The translations under genes were made by a program, and so were the position numbers. The notes beneath the pieces were generated by a model. That model was given only the letters and a program-made list of their open reading frames with translations. It ran no database searches and was not told where the DNA came from. From Dehalococcoidia bacterium (GTDB lineage: Bacteria; Chloroflexota; Dehalococcoidia; E44-bin15): a DNA stretch of 59,778 nt. This document shows positions 1 to 10,189 of the stretch, piece after piece. Every line of letters begins with the position of its first letter. Within the stretch, counting starts at the first letter, position 1. The stretch is taken from assembly GCA_030610655.1 (NCBI GenBank), contig JAUWRG010000002.1, positions 1 to 59,778 of the forward strand, in the 5' to 3' direction.

Positions 1-270
1 GCCGGTGGAGATGGCCTCGGGGACCTCGATGTCCTGCATAAGCTGGCTCGCTGGGAAATGGTGGAAGTCAAGGCGGCCTTCGCTCAATTCCTCCGCCCGC
101 TCGCAAAAGAGGTCCACCGCCTCGGTGACGTGGTGACCGACGGGCATCTGGCTGGAAATCCTGACCTCATAGACTCCCTCCTCCTCTGGCCCGGCGCAAG
201 CGAGCAGAAGGGAAGTAGCCAACAATGCGGCCAACATCAATAGCGAGCTTCCTGTGATCCAGTGTTTCAT
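1..270 (-). CDS. TRAP-type transporter solute-binding lipoprotein (DctP-like), N-terminal part; 3' end is off the left edge
   Basis: Not in the ORF track because it runs off the edge. Reverse-strand ATG at 270 (or 273) follows a GGAGG (rc of 277-281). Translation is MKHWITGSSLLMLAALLATSLLLACAG (signal peptide with lipobox), then YEVRISSQMPVGHHVTEAVDLFCERAEELSEGRLDFHHFPASQLMQDIEVPEAISTG, the typical DctP N-terminal pattern. Confidence 0.5.
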   Translation of the reverse strand, partial: MKHWITGSSLLMLAALLATSLLLACAGPEEEGVYEVRISSQMPVGHHVTEAVDLFCERAEELSEGRLDFHHFPASQLMQDIEVPEAISTG

Positions 271-641
271 CATACACCTCCTTAAGTTTTGCTAATCTGC
301 GGCTACTTGTTTTTACCCAACTTTCAAGGTCTAACTCATCTCAATTGCTGTTGCCGATCTTCACCCCCAATCCAGGCAAGTGCGTTCAGGTTCAGTCTTA
401 CCCCAGGTTGGTGTAAACTAGTCTTGGAATGAGCGACCCTATACTAGCTCATTCACATAATATATTGCAATAGACCTCATACTGGTCAAGTAATATTATC
501 GACTGCACCAACAGAAGCTGTCATTTGCAAGTGCCATTACTGATTCCAACCAATGCGAAGTCGTCAGGTTCCTTATTGACTGCGGGCATGTTATGACCCT
601 GCTGTCAATAGATCATAGATAGAGATAGTGCGCCAATCGAT

Positions 642-1133
642 TTATTCGAAGGTTCTTATCTCGATGTCTATTCTATTGTTGTCTATGGTTATGATCCCCG
701 CCGTGGCGGGGTTTCTGAACGAGGGGTAAGGTTGGCCTGGGTTGAAGAAAACCACGCCGTTTATCGTTTTGTGGCAAGCATCATGAGTGTGACCAAAAAG
801 GATGATATCTACGCCATCAAACTCTTTAGCTATATCCTCCTCTATCCCCCAGGGGGGACCGCCCCAATGGGGGTGAATGACCCCGATTCGTTTCCCTTCA
901 ACCTCAAAGACTGTCTTGGCGGGCAACTCATCCTGAATCTCCCTCAGATCGATATTGCCATACACGCCAATAAAACGCTTTGCCAGACTGCGCAGTTCCT
1001 CGAGCAGAACGATGTTATCATAGTCGCCGCAGTGGACTACATAGTCGGCCTCGGACAATGTATTGACTAGCTCTTGAGGCAGTTCTTTTAGGCTCCTGGC
1101 GTGGGTATCGGAGATGACCATAATTCTTGTCAT
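642..1133 (-). CDS. metallophosphoesterase, YfcE/MJ0936 size class
   Basis: 163-aa ORF with the calcineurin-like motifs ISDTH, CGDY, GNID, HPH and FGHTHD in canonical order. Confidence 0.85.
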   Translation of the reverse strand: MTRIMVISDTHARSLKELPQELVNTLSEADYVVHCGDYDNIVLLEELRSLAKRFIGVYGNIDLREIQDELPAKTVFEVEGKRIGVIHPHWGGPPWGIEEDIAKEFDGVDIILFGHTHDACHKTINGVVFFNPGQPYPSFRNPATAGIITIDNNRIDIEIRTFE

Positions 1134-1134
1134 A

Positions 1135-1437
1135 TCACTGATCCGACAGTTCCACTATGGTGGCACCGTCGCCTCCATCTTCAAGCTCAGCCCGTCTGAA
1201 AGATTTGACCAGTGGGTGGGTCTTTAGCTCCTTGCGCACGGCCTGGCGAAGGGTTCCCGTTCCCTTGCCATGAATCACCCGCACTGTAGGCATGCCAGCG
1301 AGGAAGGCATCATTGAGGTATCGTTCGAGCCTGAATAGAGCGTCATCCACAGTGAGCCGGCGCAGATGGATTTCTGTCGGACATTCCTTAGGACGCTTAT
1401 CGTGCAATGAGAACTCCCTGATTGGCCTGTGATCCAT
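1135..1437 (-). CDS. Smr domain protein
   Basis: 100-aa ORF. LRRLTVDDALFRLERYLNDA...VRVIHGKGTGTLRQAVRKELKTHPLV matches the Smr (MutS2 C-terminal-like) signature. Confidence 0.8.
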   Translation of the reverse strand: MDHRPIREFSLHDKRPKECPTEIHLRRLTVDDALFRLERYLNDAFLAGMPTVRVIHGKGTGTLRQAVRKELKTHPLVKSFRRAELEDGGDGATIVELSDQ

Positions 1438-1450
1438 TATATAAGGTCGT

Positions 1451-1566
1451 TTAGCAATGCCTAGCCGTCATTCTGACCCCGATTTGTCGGGGGAAGAATC
1501 CAGACCCTTCCCTTTCGCTTCGCTCAAGGTCAGGGTGACGCTGCGCAGCAGGTATAAAATAAACAC
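1451..1566 (+). repeat. R1 structured intergenic repeat, copy a
   Basis: The core GTCATTCTGACCCCGATTTGTCGGGGGAAGAATC...GGTCAGGGTGAC...GGTATAAAATAAACAC recurs at 14894-15010, with 5 mismatches in the 100-nt core by manual alignment. The 12-nt 5' arm (1467-1478) pairs with 1528-1539, allowing two G-U pairs. Confidence 0.85.
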
Positions 1567-1655
1567 CCTCATTGTATAGTAAGAGCCGCTTTATTGCCAG
1601 CGTTACAGCCTGATGGTATACTCTATTTCATTGCAAAGACGTTGAGGTGGCATAG

Positions 1656-2378
1656 TTGCTGAGGCTAGATGGTCGTGCCAATGACGAGCTTCGCCCGGTG
1701 TGCATCGCTCCGGGCTTTCAGCGTTATGCTGAGGGCTCGGCTCTTATTGAGCAGGGAAACACCAAAGTGATATGTGCAGTGAGCGTGGAGGACCGGGTTC
1801 CCGCCTTTCTTAGAGGACAGGGCATGGGTTGGATCACCGCTGAGTACGCCATGCTTCCTCGTGCCACCGCCACTCGGACACCGAGGGAGGAGAACCGGGT
1901 GGGGGGCAGAACTCATGAAATCCGGCGCCTCATCGGGCGTTCCCTAAGAGCGGCTGTTGACCTTAATGCCCTGGGTGAGAGGACACTAACTGTTGATTGC
2001 GATGTGCTTCAGGCCGATGGAGGTACGAGGACAACAGCGATCACAGGTTCCTATGTGGCTTTGGTTCAAGCTCTAAACGGCTTGGTGGACAAGGGAACCA
2101 TCGCCTCGCTTCCTATCAAAAACGCTGTAGCGGCGGCCAGTGTGGGCATCGTAGGCGGGGAGTTGCTTCTTGACCTTTGCTATGATGAGGACTTCTGGGC
2201 TGAGGCTGATTTCAATGTGGTGATGACCAGCGCGGGTGAGTTTGTGGAGATTCAGGGGACGGCGGAGAGTAGCCCTTTCTCCAAAGAGACCATTGACTCT
2301 GTGCTCTTACTAGCTGAGCGGGGCATTGAAAGGCTTTTCGATCTTCAGAAAGCTGCTGTGGACAGTCTAAAGGCTTAG
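1656..2378 (+). CDS. rph: ribonuclease PH
   Basis: 240 aa. The N-terminus [14 protein letters not shown]...[22 protein letters not shown] and length are typical of RNase PH. TTG start is preceded by GAGGTGG. Confidence 0.95.
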   Translation: MLRLDGRANDELRPVCIAPGFQRYAEGSALIEQGNTKVICAVSVEDRVPAFLRGQGMGWITAEYAMLPRATATRTPREENRVGGRTHEIRRLIGRSLRAAVDLNALGERTLTVDCDVLQADGGTRTTAITGSYVALVQALNGLVDKGTIASLPIKNAVAAASVGIVGGELLLDLCYDEDFWAEADFNVVMTSAGEFVEIQGTAESSPFSKETIDSVLLLAERGIERLFDLQKAAVDSLKA

Positions 2379-2462
2379 GACGGCGTTTTGCCTGGTCAGG
2401 CGCTATCTGCTTTGGCGATCTTGAACCTCTTATAGTAGTCATTCTTTGTTGTAAGGCAAAGA

Positions 2463-3263
2463 TTGTGGTATGGAGGCTTAGTATTGGTGGTGGAACAAGA
2501 GATACCTGAGGAGCCTCGAAGTAGCCCCATCCCTTGGACGGTGGGGGACGTTGCCAAGGGGGTGGGGGTAGTTATCAGCTCTACCGTTCTCATTGCCTTT
2601 GGCCTGGTGATTGGCACTGTTCTGCTTCTAGGCCATGGAGCTTTTCTTGAGCTTAGCGTGGAGGACGTTGCGGGCTTTTTCGACCTTCTCGCCTCTGAAG
2701 GCCTGCTTCAACACTGGCTCATACTGATGCTAGCGGCTATGGTGGTTGGGGAGGGGGCGATGTTTCTTTCGGCGTGGCTGTTCAGCGCTTTCAAATACCG
2801 CTGTGGATGGCGTGCGCTGGGCTTTCGCTCCTTCAATGTAAGAAATGGCTTAATACTAGCAGCAGTGATCGTGCTTGTTAGCTTGTTGATTGGTTTCCTC
2901 TGGGATATGTTACTGACCTCGTTGGGGATAGCTCCTCTATCCGCTGTGCCTCCAGAGCTCACCCAAACTGGTCTTGGCTTGGCCATTATTGCTGTTCTCG
3001 CCGTTGCGGTCGCCCCTATTGCTGAGGAGGTCTTCTTCCGCGGTTTTATCTTTGCAGGCATTAGTAAACGATTCGGCTATGCCTGGGGAATTGTCTTGAG
3101 CGCCCTGCTCTTTTCGATAGCACACATGCAACTGGGAGCTTTCCTACCCATTTTTATCCTTGGCCTTCTCCTGACGTGGCTTTACGTGAAGACCGGCTCG
3201 ATATGGCCGTGCATCTTCACCCATTTCGCCTATAATTCCATTGCCTTTTTGTTTATGGTATGA
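2463..3263 (+). CDS. CPBP-family intramembrane metalloprotease (CAAX protease/Abi type)
   Basis: Polytopic membrane ORF with EEVFFRGF, FSIAHM and HFAYN motifs. The start is uncertain; in-frame TTG/GTG at 2484/2487 follow a GGAGG. Confidence 0.8.
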   Translation: MWYGGLVLVVEQEIPEEPRSSPIPWTVGDVAKGVGVVISSTVLIAFGLVIGTVLLLGHGAFLELSVEDVAGFFDLLASEGLLQHWLILMLAAMVVGEGAMFLSAWLFSAFKYRCGWRALGFRSFNVRNGLILAAVIVLVSLLIGFLWDMLLTSLGIAPLSAVPPELTQTGLGLAIIAVLAVAVAPIAEEVFFRGFIFAGISKRFGYAWGIVLSALLFSIAHMQLGAFLPIFILGLLLTWLYVKTGSIWPCIFTHFAYNSIAFLFMV

Positions 3264-3278
3264 TTAAAGGACTGAAAA

Positions 3279-3665
3279 GTGATGTGGTGTCGAGGAATTC
3301 GAGGAGCAACCACGGCGGATGCCAATACCAAGGAAGATATCGTAGCGACAACGAAGGAGTTGCTCCGAGAGATGATCAGTGTCAATGAGGTTCAAGAAGA
3401 GGATGTGGCCTGTATCCTTTTCACTACAACTCATGATCTAAATGCTGAGTTCCCGGCAGTGGCGGCCAGAGAGCTAGGACTAACCGGGGTTCCACTGATG
3501 TGTGGGCATGAGATGGATGTTCCCAGCAGCCTGCCGATGTGCCTGCGTATCCTGATACTTTTCAATACGGAAAAGAGTTCTGATGAGATCGTGCATGTCT
3601 ATAGTAAGGGCACTCAGGGGTTGAGGTTGCATAGCGGAGGCAAGGAAAGTAGTCTGGAGGAGTAA
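3279..3665 (+). CDS. aroH: chorismate mutase, AroH class
   Basis: RGIRGATTADANTKEDI...ILFTTTHDLNAEFPAVAAREL...VPLMC matches the AroH-type monofunctional chorismate mutase. It sits directly upstream of DAHP synthase. Confidence 0.85.
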   Translation: MMWCRGIRGATTADANTKEDIVATTKELLREMISVNEVQEEDVACILFTTTHDLNAEFPAVAARELGLTGVPLMCGHEMDVPSSLPMCLRILILFNTEKSSDEIVHVYSKGTQGLRLHSGGKESSLEE

Positions 3666-3668
3666 TAG

Positions 3669-4727
3669 ATGCTAATTGTAATGACCAAAGGATCTCCAGA
3701 AAAAGATCTAGAGGGCATATTGGAGAAGCTCACCCAAATGGGATTCACTGGACATGTATCTAGGGGCGTTGAACAAACGGTGATCGGCGTCGTAGGACGA
3801 ACATATCCCGAACTGAAGGATACGATGGAGTTGTGGTCCGGGGTGAGTGAGGTTGTGACCATCAGCAAACCCTATAAACTGTCCAGTCGGGAGTTTCAAC
3901 CACAGGATACCAGGATAAGGGTTGGTGATGTGACCATAGGTGGTGATGAGATTGTAGTGATGGCTGGCCCGTGCGCTGTGGAGAGTGAGAAGCAAGTTAT
4001 CCAGACGGCGCGCGCCGTGAAGGCAGCAGGAGCAAACATTCTACGTGGTGGCGCCTTCAAACCGAGCACCTCCCCTTATACTTTTCGTGGGCTGGGCGAA
4101 GATGGGCTCAAGATTCTGGCGTTGGCTAGTCAGGAGACGGGGATGCCCGTTATCACCGAGGTCATGACTCCCCAAGATGTCGAACTGGTTTCGCGCTATG
4201 CTGACATCCTTCAGGTGGGGACGCGCAATATGCAGAACTTCATTCTGCTTGACGAGGTAGGTAAAGCGCAAAAACCGGTGATGCTTAAAAGAGGCATGTC
4301 AGCCGTTATTGAGGAGTGGCTACTTTCTGCGGAATACATCCTTGCACAGGGGAATCGTCAACTACTACTTTGTGAGCGAGGGATCAGAACCTTCGAAACC
4401 TATACTAGAAATACTATGGATATAAGTGCTATTCCTAGCATACAGAAGCTGAGTCACTTGCCCATTATTGCTGACCCTAGCCATGGCACAGGTAGATGGC
4501 ACCTTGTGGCTCCACTGGCCTTGGCTGCAGTGGCTGCTGGGGCTGATGGGTTGATGATCGAAGTTCACCCTAACCCTGAGTCTGCTCTCAAGGATGGCGA
4601 TCAGTCGCTGACTTTCGAGAACTTCGAGCGACTTATGGAACAGGTGGTTGCGGTAGCAAAATCGGTGGGACGAAAGATAGCGGGAAGCGCTAAGGGTGAA
4701 GTTACAGAGGTGGCACAAGGAAACTAG
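3669..4727 (+). CDS. 3-deoxy-7-phosphoheptulonate (DAHP) synthase, type I-beta with N-terminal regulatory domain
   Basis: 352 aa. The catalytic core carries [10 protein letters not shown] and [25 protein letters not shown]. The first ~70 residues form an extra ferredoxin-like/ACT-like domain, as in Thermotoga-type enzymes. Confidence 0.9.
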   Translation: MLIVMTKGSPEKDLEGILEKLTQMGFTGHVSRGVEQTVIGVVGRTYPELKDTMELWSGVSEVVTISKPYKLSSREFQPQDTRIRVGDVTIGGDEIVVMAGPCAVESEKQVIQTARAVKAAGANILRGGAFKPSTSPYTFRGLGEDGLKILALASQETGMPVITEVMTPQDVELVSRYADILQVGTRNMQNFILLDEVGKAQKPVMLKRGMSAVIEEWLLSAEYILAQGNRQLLLCERGIRTFETYTRNTMDISAIPSIQKLSHLPIIADPSHGTGRWHLVAPLALAAVAAGADGLMIEVHPNPESALKDGDQSLTFENFERLMEQVVAVAKSVGRKIAGSAKGEVTEVAQGN

Positions 4728-4748
4728 TGAGTAAAATCTGAAGGGGAA

Positions 4749-5672
4749 ATGCTAGTCGAAGAGGAGCTAGTCAGAGCGCTGCCAGAGAATGATACGGCGC
4801 TTACCATCGGGGTTTTCGATGGGGTTCATTTGGGTCACGAGTTTCTTATCAAGAAGCTCAAGGAGAGAGCATCGGCCGGCGGTCTGCTTAGTGTTGTGGT
4901 GACTTTTCACCGTCATCCCCGTCTTGTTCTCTCGCCACGGTCTAATCTTGCCTATTTGACCAGTCTCAAGGAGCGGATTAGACTTTTAGAAAGCCTTGGT
5001 GTGGGGTGTGTTGTAACTCTCTCCTTCACCCGTGAGTTGGCCGAGCTTAGCGCCCGAGAGTTTATCGGGCTGTTACAGAAATATCTCAGGATGCGCAGCT
5101 TAGTGGTGGGTCCTGACTTCACATTGGGCAAGGGAAGAAAAGGAGACGCCCCAAAACTAAAATCTCTGGGTGAAGAGCTTCATTTTTCTGTAGAGGTGGT
5201 GGAGCCTATGGTGTGGGAGGGAGAGGTGGTGAGCAGTACCGCGATTCGCACTGCGCTTTCCCAAGGCGACATGATAAAGGTGAGTCGACTTCTGGGTCGT
5301 CGCTTCACGCTAAGTGGGCAGGTAATGAGGGGCGATCAGCGTGGCAAAACGCTTGGCTTCCCTACCGCAAACCTTGTCCCCGACACAGAGCAAGCTTTGC
5401 CTCCTGATGGCGTTTATACCACCCGTGCCTTTGTCAACGAAACGGCGTACCTGGCGGTGACGAATATTGGCGTTCGGCCCACCTTTGGTGACGGGAAGCG
5501 GGTTGTCGAGGTTCATATCCTCGATTTCGAGGAGAGGGAGCTTTATGGCCATGAGATCAGGATCGAGTTGGCGCATCGGTTGCGTGGTGAGGTGAGGTTC
5601 TCAAGCGCCGATGAGCTTAAGGCACAGATGCAAAGGGACGTGGAGCAGACACGGGCATTATTGGTGCCTTGA
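4749..5672 (+). CDS. ribF: bifunctional riboflavin kinase / FMN adenylyltransferase
   Basis: 307 aa. GVFDGVHLGH near the N-terminus and a C-terminal riboflavin kinase region (GFPTANL, VEVHILDF). Confidence 0.92.
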   Translation: MLVEEELVRALPENDTALTIGVFDGVHLGHEFLIKKLKERASAGGLLSVVVTFHRHPRLVLSPRSNLAYLTSLKERIRLLESLGVGCVVTLSFTRELAELSAREFIGLLQKYLRMRSLVVGPDFTLGKGRKGDAPKLKSLGEELHFSVEVVEPMVWEGEVVSSTAIRTALSQGDMIKVSRLLGRRFTLSGQVMRGDQRGKTLGFPTANLVPDTEQALPPDGVYTTRAFVNETAYLAVTNIGVRPTFGDGKRVVEVHILDFEERELYGHEIRIELAHRLRGEVRFSSADELKAQMQRDVEQTRALLVP

Positions 5673-5713
5673 AGCACTACTAAGCGAGAGAGGAGAGCTC
5701 AAGAGGCAGAGAG

Positions 5714-6958
5714 ATGGGGGAAACCACTGCTGTTGAGGACTACGGGCGCCTTCTAAGAAGAGGCGTTGTTGAGATCATTGTTGAAGAAGAGCTAGTCAAG
5801 CTGCTTGAGTCAGGGCGAAAACTTCGCCTCAAGCAGGGCTTTGACCCAAGCCGGCCTGACATCCACTTGGGGCATGTGGTTGGTCTGAGGAAGCTTCGCC
5901 AGTTTCAGGAATTGGGGCATCAGCTTATCCTCATCGTCGGAGACTGGACGGCGCAGATTGGCGATCCAAGTGGCGAATCGGCAACCCGCCCTATGCTTTC
6001 TGCCGAAGAGGTGCGTGCCAATGCTGAAACATATATGAAGCAGTTCTTCAAGGTGGTCGATCAAGAGAAGACCAAGGTCGTCTGGCAGAGTGAATGGTTC
6101 GGGAAGTTCACCTTAGCAGATGTTATTGCTCTCACTAGTAAATTCACTGTGGCGCAGATGCTGCAAAGGGACGATTTCGCCAAAAGATATGCCTTAGGTC
6201 GTCCTATCGCCATCACGGAGTTTCTCTATCCATTGCTCCAAGCCTACGACTCGGTGGTCATTGAGGCCGATGTGGAATTTGGCGGTACCGACCAGAAGTT
6301 CAATTGCTTGGTGGGGCGGGAGCTTCAGCAGATGGTAGGGCAGCCTCCCCAGCAGGTTTTCCTCATGCCGCTTCTTGTGGGCACCGACGGCAGCCAGAAG
6401 ATGTCGAAGAGCCTGGAGAACTACATCGCTGTAGATGAGCCTCCCAGTGAGATGTATGGCAAGGTGATGAGCATCCCCGATGACTTGATGATGGACTATT
6501 TCGAGCTGTTGACCGACGTTCCAGACAAGGAGCTTGAGGAGTTCAGAGCAGAGCTGGATTCACAATCGGTGAACCCGATGGTTTTAAAGAAGCGCCTTGC
6601 CCGCGAAATTGTGGCTGAGTTCCACGATGAACAGGCTGCAAATGAAGCGGAGGTGGCGTTTGAGAGACAGGTTCAAAGGAGGGAATTGCCTGAGGAGATA
6701 CCGGCACTTCGCGTTGGTGATGCTTGGTGGGGCAGGGATGAAACAGCAATTGAGAGATCTTGGGACCTTGTTTATCTGCTTTGTGAGGCGAAGCTTTCTA
6801 AGAGCCGTAGCGAGGCAAAGCGTCTCATAGCTCAAGGAGCGGTTGAAATAGATGGTAAGAAAGTGACTGGCGATAGAGTGCCCCTTGAGGAAATACATGA
6901 CGGCAGCGTTATCAGAGTTGGCAAGCGCCGCTTTGTAAAAATAGGCAAAGCCGATTAA
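5714..6958 (+). CDS. tyrS: tyrosine--tRNA ligase (KMSKS-type with C-terminal S4 domain)
   Basis: Class I HIGH-type motif (HLGH), KMSKS, GFDPSRPDIHLGH and a C-terminal S4-like segment SRSEAKRLIAQGAVEIDGKKV. Confidence 0.9.
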   Translation: MGETTAVEDYGRLLRRGVVEIIVEEELVKLLESGRKLRLKQGFDPSRPDIHLGHVVGLRKLRQFQELGHQLILIVGDWTAQIGDPSGESATRPMLSAEEVRANAETYMKQFFKVVDQEKTKVVWQSEWFGKFTLADVIALTSKFTVAQMLQRDDFAKRYALGRPIAITEFLYPLLQAYDSVVIEADVEFGGTDQKFNCLVGRELQQMVGQPPQQVFLMPLLVGTDGSQKMSKSLENYIAVDEPPSEMYGKVMSIPDDLMMDYFELLTDVPDKELEEFRAELDSQSVNPMVLKKRLAREIVAEFHDEQAANEAEVAFERQVQRRELPEEIPALRVGDAWWGRDETAIERSWDLVYLLCEAKLSKSRSEAKRLIAQGAVEIDGKKVTGDRVPLEEIHDGSVIRVGKRRFVKIGKAD

Positions 6959-6974
6959 TGCCAAAGGAGGACGT

Positions 6975-8381
6975 ATGAGAATTGAGCATGACCTCTTAGG
7001 TAAGAGAGAAGTCCCAAAAGATGTATATTGGGGTATACACACCCTACGAGCTAAGGAGAATTTTTGCGTTTCAGGATATAGGATTCATCCTGAATTAATT
7101 TGTGCCTTAGCTGAGGTCAAGAAGGCTTGTGCCCAGACCAATCTGGAGATGGGGTTTTTAGCCGAAGATATAGCGAAAGCCATAATCTCCGCCTGCGATG
7201 AGATAATGGAGGGGAAACTCCACGACCAGTTTGTCGTTGACGTGTTTCAGGGGGGAGCCGGAACGTCAACCAATATGAACGCCAACGAGGTTATCGCCAA
7301 TCGCGCCATTGAGATCTTGGGCGGTGAGCGTGGTGATTATCATCTTGTTCATCCCAATGACCATGTGAATATGCATCAGTCTACCAATGACGTTATACCC
7401 ACGGCTATTAGAATCGCTATGTGTCGGCTGCATTGTCAGCTATCGGCTACTTTGCTGGACTTGCAACAGGCCCTGAAAAAGAAAGCTGAGGAATTCGCCC
7501 ACATTTTGAAGATGGGCAGAACGCAGCATCAGGATGCAACACCCATAGCCTTAGGAGCTGAGTTTGCTGCCTACGCCAAAGTGGTGGGGCGGGATAGACA
7601 TAGGATTGTGGACAGCGAATTTATTCTCAAGCGGCTAAATATGGGTGGGACAGCCATAGGCACGGGGATTGCAGCCCCGAAAGGGTTTGGTCGTCTGGTG
7701 GTAGAGAAGTTAAGACAAATAACAGGCCTTGAGCTTTTTCAGGCTAGGGATTTGATAGATGCCACGCAGAATCTGGATGCTTTTAGCGCCGTGTCCGGCG
7801 CCTTGAAGGTTCATGCGGTAAACATATCTAAGATAACTAGTGACCTGATGCTCATAGCTTCTGGCCCCAGGGCTGGGCTGTGTGAAATCACACTCCCTGA
7901 GATGCAGGCGGGCTCCTCCCTCATGCCCGGCAAGGTTAACCCGGTAATTGCAGAGATGGTAGAGCAGGTAGCGATACAAGTGATATCCAACGATTATGTG
8001 ATTTGTGAAGTTATTCGCCGGGGGCGATTGGAGTTAAATGCCTTCCAGCCCTTGCTCTGCCACTGTCTATTCGAATCGATAACCTTGCTGGATAAGGCAG
8101 AGAGATTGTTTACAGAAAAATGCATTTTGGGAATCAAAGCTAATGAGGAAGCTTGCGCGGCACTTCTCGACAAGGGTTGGAAGACGTGGGGGCTCCCTGC
8201 TCTTCTCCCGTACATTGGTTATGCGAAATGCACCGAGATAGCTCGCCAGGCGGCAACGGATGGCAGAACGGCCAGGGAAGTGATAATCTCTGAAGGTATT
8301 TTCACCGAGGATGAACTGGACAAGATCCTTATCAAAGGGACGACAGCCTTTGAGAAAGATGATATAAGAAGGAAGGACTAA
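6975..8381 (+). CDS. aspA: aspartate ammonia-lyase (class II fumarase/aspartase family)
   Basis: Carries the GSSLMPGKVNPV signature loop. The N-terminus MRIEHDLLGKREVPKDVYWGIHTLRAKENF and NPVIAE after the loop resemble aspartases more than FumC. Strong RBS AAAGGAGG. Confidence 0.75.
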   Translation: MRIEHDLLGKREVPKDVYWGIHTLRAKENFCVSGYRIHPELICALAEVKKACAQTNLEMGFLAEDIAKAIISACDEIMEGKLHDQFVVDVFQGGAGTSTNMNANEVIANRAIEILGGERGDYHLVHPNDHVNMHQSTNDVIPTAIRIAMCRLHCQLSATLLDLQQALKKKAEEFAHILKMGRTQHQDATPIALGAEFAAYAKVVGRDRHRIVDSEFILKRLNMGGTAIGTGIAAPKGFGRLVVEKLRQITGLELFQARDLIDATQNLDAFSAVSGALKVHAVNISKITSDLMLIASGPRAGLCEITLPEMQAGSSLMPGKVNPVIAEMVEQVAIQVISNDYVICEVIRRGRLELNAFQPLLCHCLFESITLLDKAERLFTEKCILGIKANEEACAALLDKGWKTWGLPALLPYIGYAKCTEIARQAATDGRTAREVIISEGIFTEDELDKILIKGTTAFEKDDIRRKD

Positions 8382-8441
8382 AGCATTTTCGGGTTGCTCG
8401 AGTTCTCAAGGATAATCGCTAAACAGCAATTGGAGGTAAAG

Positions 8442-9530
8442 ATGCAGTTACGAATCCCCGGCCCTACCCCGATCCCCGACGAAATCCTACAGGCGACGGC
8501 CAGGCAGATGATCAATCATCGCGGACCAGAGTTTGCTAAGATGATCAACGAGGCCACTGCTATCCTCAAAGAGATGTTTCAGACCGGGGGGGATGTTCTT
8601 ATCCTTACCGGCTCGGGCACCGGTGGCATGGAGGCGGCTGTCGTCAATACCCTTTCACCAGGGGACAAAGTGCTGTGCCTGTGCAACGGTGCCTTCGGCG
8701 AGCGCTTTGCTGATATCGCCGAGCAGTTTGGCGCTGAGGTTTCCAGGCTTCGCTTCGAGTGGGGACAAGCGGTTGACCCCGAGGTAGTGCGCCATTCGCT
8801 ATCCCAGAATAGTGGGATACAGGCTGTCCTGGTAACCCAAAATGAGACCTCCACCGGCGTAACCAATGACTTAGCAACCGTAAGCGCCATAATAAAGGAG
8901 TTCGACAAGCTACTTTTGGTGGATGCCATTAGTGGCCTGGGCGCTATCGATCTCCCTACAGACGCCTGGGGGTGCGATGTAGTTGTCACTGGCTCTCAGA
9001 AGGGGTGGATGGCTCCACCGGGGCTGGCTATGGTCAGCGTCAGCACGCGGGGGTGGCAGGCGAATGCTGACGCAAAGATGCCAAGGTATTACTGGGATTT
9101 CGCCAAGGCAAAGAAATTCCTCGATGAAAAGGGGCAGACCCCGTGGACCCCTGGACTCTCAGCGCTTTATGCGCTTTCTGCAGCCCTCCGATTGATGAAG
9201 CGGGAGGGACTCTCCAACATCATCGCTCGCCATGCTCGTGTAGGCGCTAGGGCGAGGGAAGGAGTGAAATCGCTTGGTCTATCCCTCTTCGCCGATGAGA
9301 AATACGCCTCAAATACGGTTACCGCGATCAAAGTACCTGATGGGCTTGATGCAAAGAGACTTCTGAGTATCCTCAGGGAGGAGCATGATACCATCTTGGC
9401 TGGAGGACAGCAGAAGCTTGATGGGAAGATATTCCGCATAGGCCACCTGGGCTATGTAACCGAGGACGACATCGATGTGGTAATCAAGGCGCTCAAAATT
9501 GCGCTGCCTCAGGCAGGCTTCAAAGGGTGA
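8442..9530 (+). CDS. class V aminotransferase (serine-pyruvate / phosphoserine aminotransferase type)
   Basis: MQLRIPGPTPIPDEILQA...NHRGPEF and TGSQKGW (PLP lysine region). I prefer the ATG at 8442, which follows GGAGG, over the longer track ORF from 8394. It lies next to serA. Confidence 0.85.
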   Translation: MQLRIPGPTPIPDEILQATARQMINHRGPEFAKMINEATAILKEMFQTGGDVLILTGSGTGGMEAAVVNTLSPGDKVLCLCNGAFGERFADIAEQFGAEVSRLRFEWGQAVDPEVVRHSLSQNSGIQAVLVTQNETSTGVTNDLATVSAIIKEFDKLLLVDAISGLGAIDLPTDAWGCDVVVTGSQKGWMAPPGLAMVSVSTRGWQANADAKMPRYYWDFAKAKKFLDEKGQTPWTPGLSALYALSAALRLMKREGLSNIIARHARVGARAREGVKSLGLSLFADEKYASNTVTAIKVPDGLDAKRLLSILREEHDTILAGGQQKLDGKIFRIGHLGYVTEDDIDVVIKALKIALPQAGFKG

Positions 9531-9550
9531 ATTAGCGCAGGGGTGATGAA

Positions 9551-9802
9551 ATGGAAATCGAAGAGATTGGTGTCGGATCCCGGTTGAGAATGCGGGGGCT
9601 GAAGAATAGAGGTCTGATGGAGGTCTCCGAGGACCCTAGTACTGGTGATTTCGTCCTTGTTATTAGCAAGGGCATACGCGAGAAGTGGTACCGGAAGTGG
9701 TTAAGAATCAACCTTCCTGAAAAGATGTGGCGAGTGAAGTGCTCCAAAGACGAGGTCTCTGAGGCGGTTAATAGATTCCTGGCTGAGGAGGTTCTGGCCT
9801 AG
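9551..9802 (+). CDS. hypothetical small protein (83 aa)
   Basis: ORF with an upstream AGGGGTGA, located between the aminotransferase and serA. No recognisable motif. Confidence 0.35.
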   Translation: MEIEEIGVGSRLRMRGLKNRGLMEVSEDPSTGDFVLVISKGIREKWYRKWLRINLPEKMWRVKCSKDEVSEAVNRFLAEEVLA

Positions 9803-9957
9803 AGCGAGGTTTCTAGGTAAACCTCGATGGTTAACTGCCCGCCAACAAATCAAGAAAAAGAGGGTAGCCTTGAGCATCTGCTCGAGGCGTGATTGGAGCC
9901 GATGCTCCAATTCACCCAAGGTAGTGCACGAGAGTCTATTTTCGAAGTAAATACCTA

Positions 9958-10150
9958 GTGGGCGGTCGCCCACCGCCGAATCATGCAAATAGGTTGTCAC
10001 AGATATCGTTCGTGGTGAGCTTGTCGAACCAATCGTGCTGAGCCCTTCGACAAGCTCAGGACAGGCCCTTCGGCTCCACGCATGATAGTTTTGTCGAACA
10101 GTGAACGGCCTTTGGACAGGCTAAAGGCGAATGGAATAAATCTGTTTTCA
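9958..10150 (+). repeat. R2 mosaic intergenic repeat, copy a (upstream of serA)
   Basis: Shares a 5' module (GGCGGTCGCCCACCGCCGAATCATGCAAATAGGTTGTCACAGATATCGTTCGTGG) and a 3' module (GCGAATGGAATAAATCTGTTTTC) with the copies at 15581, 17590, 18876 and 31344. Contains the hairpin CTTGTCGAA-N17-TTCGACAAG. Confidence 0.85.
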
Positions 10151-10189
10151 GGCAAAGGGTTTAGCTGAAGGGAGGTTAAGGGTGATAAG

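Noticed and set aside
58-243. 61-aa + strand track ORF at the left edge
   Set aside because: It lies antisense to a much more convincing minus-strand ORF with an RBS, a lipoprotein signal peptide and DctP-like sequence. It has no motif of its own.
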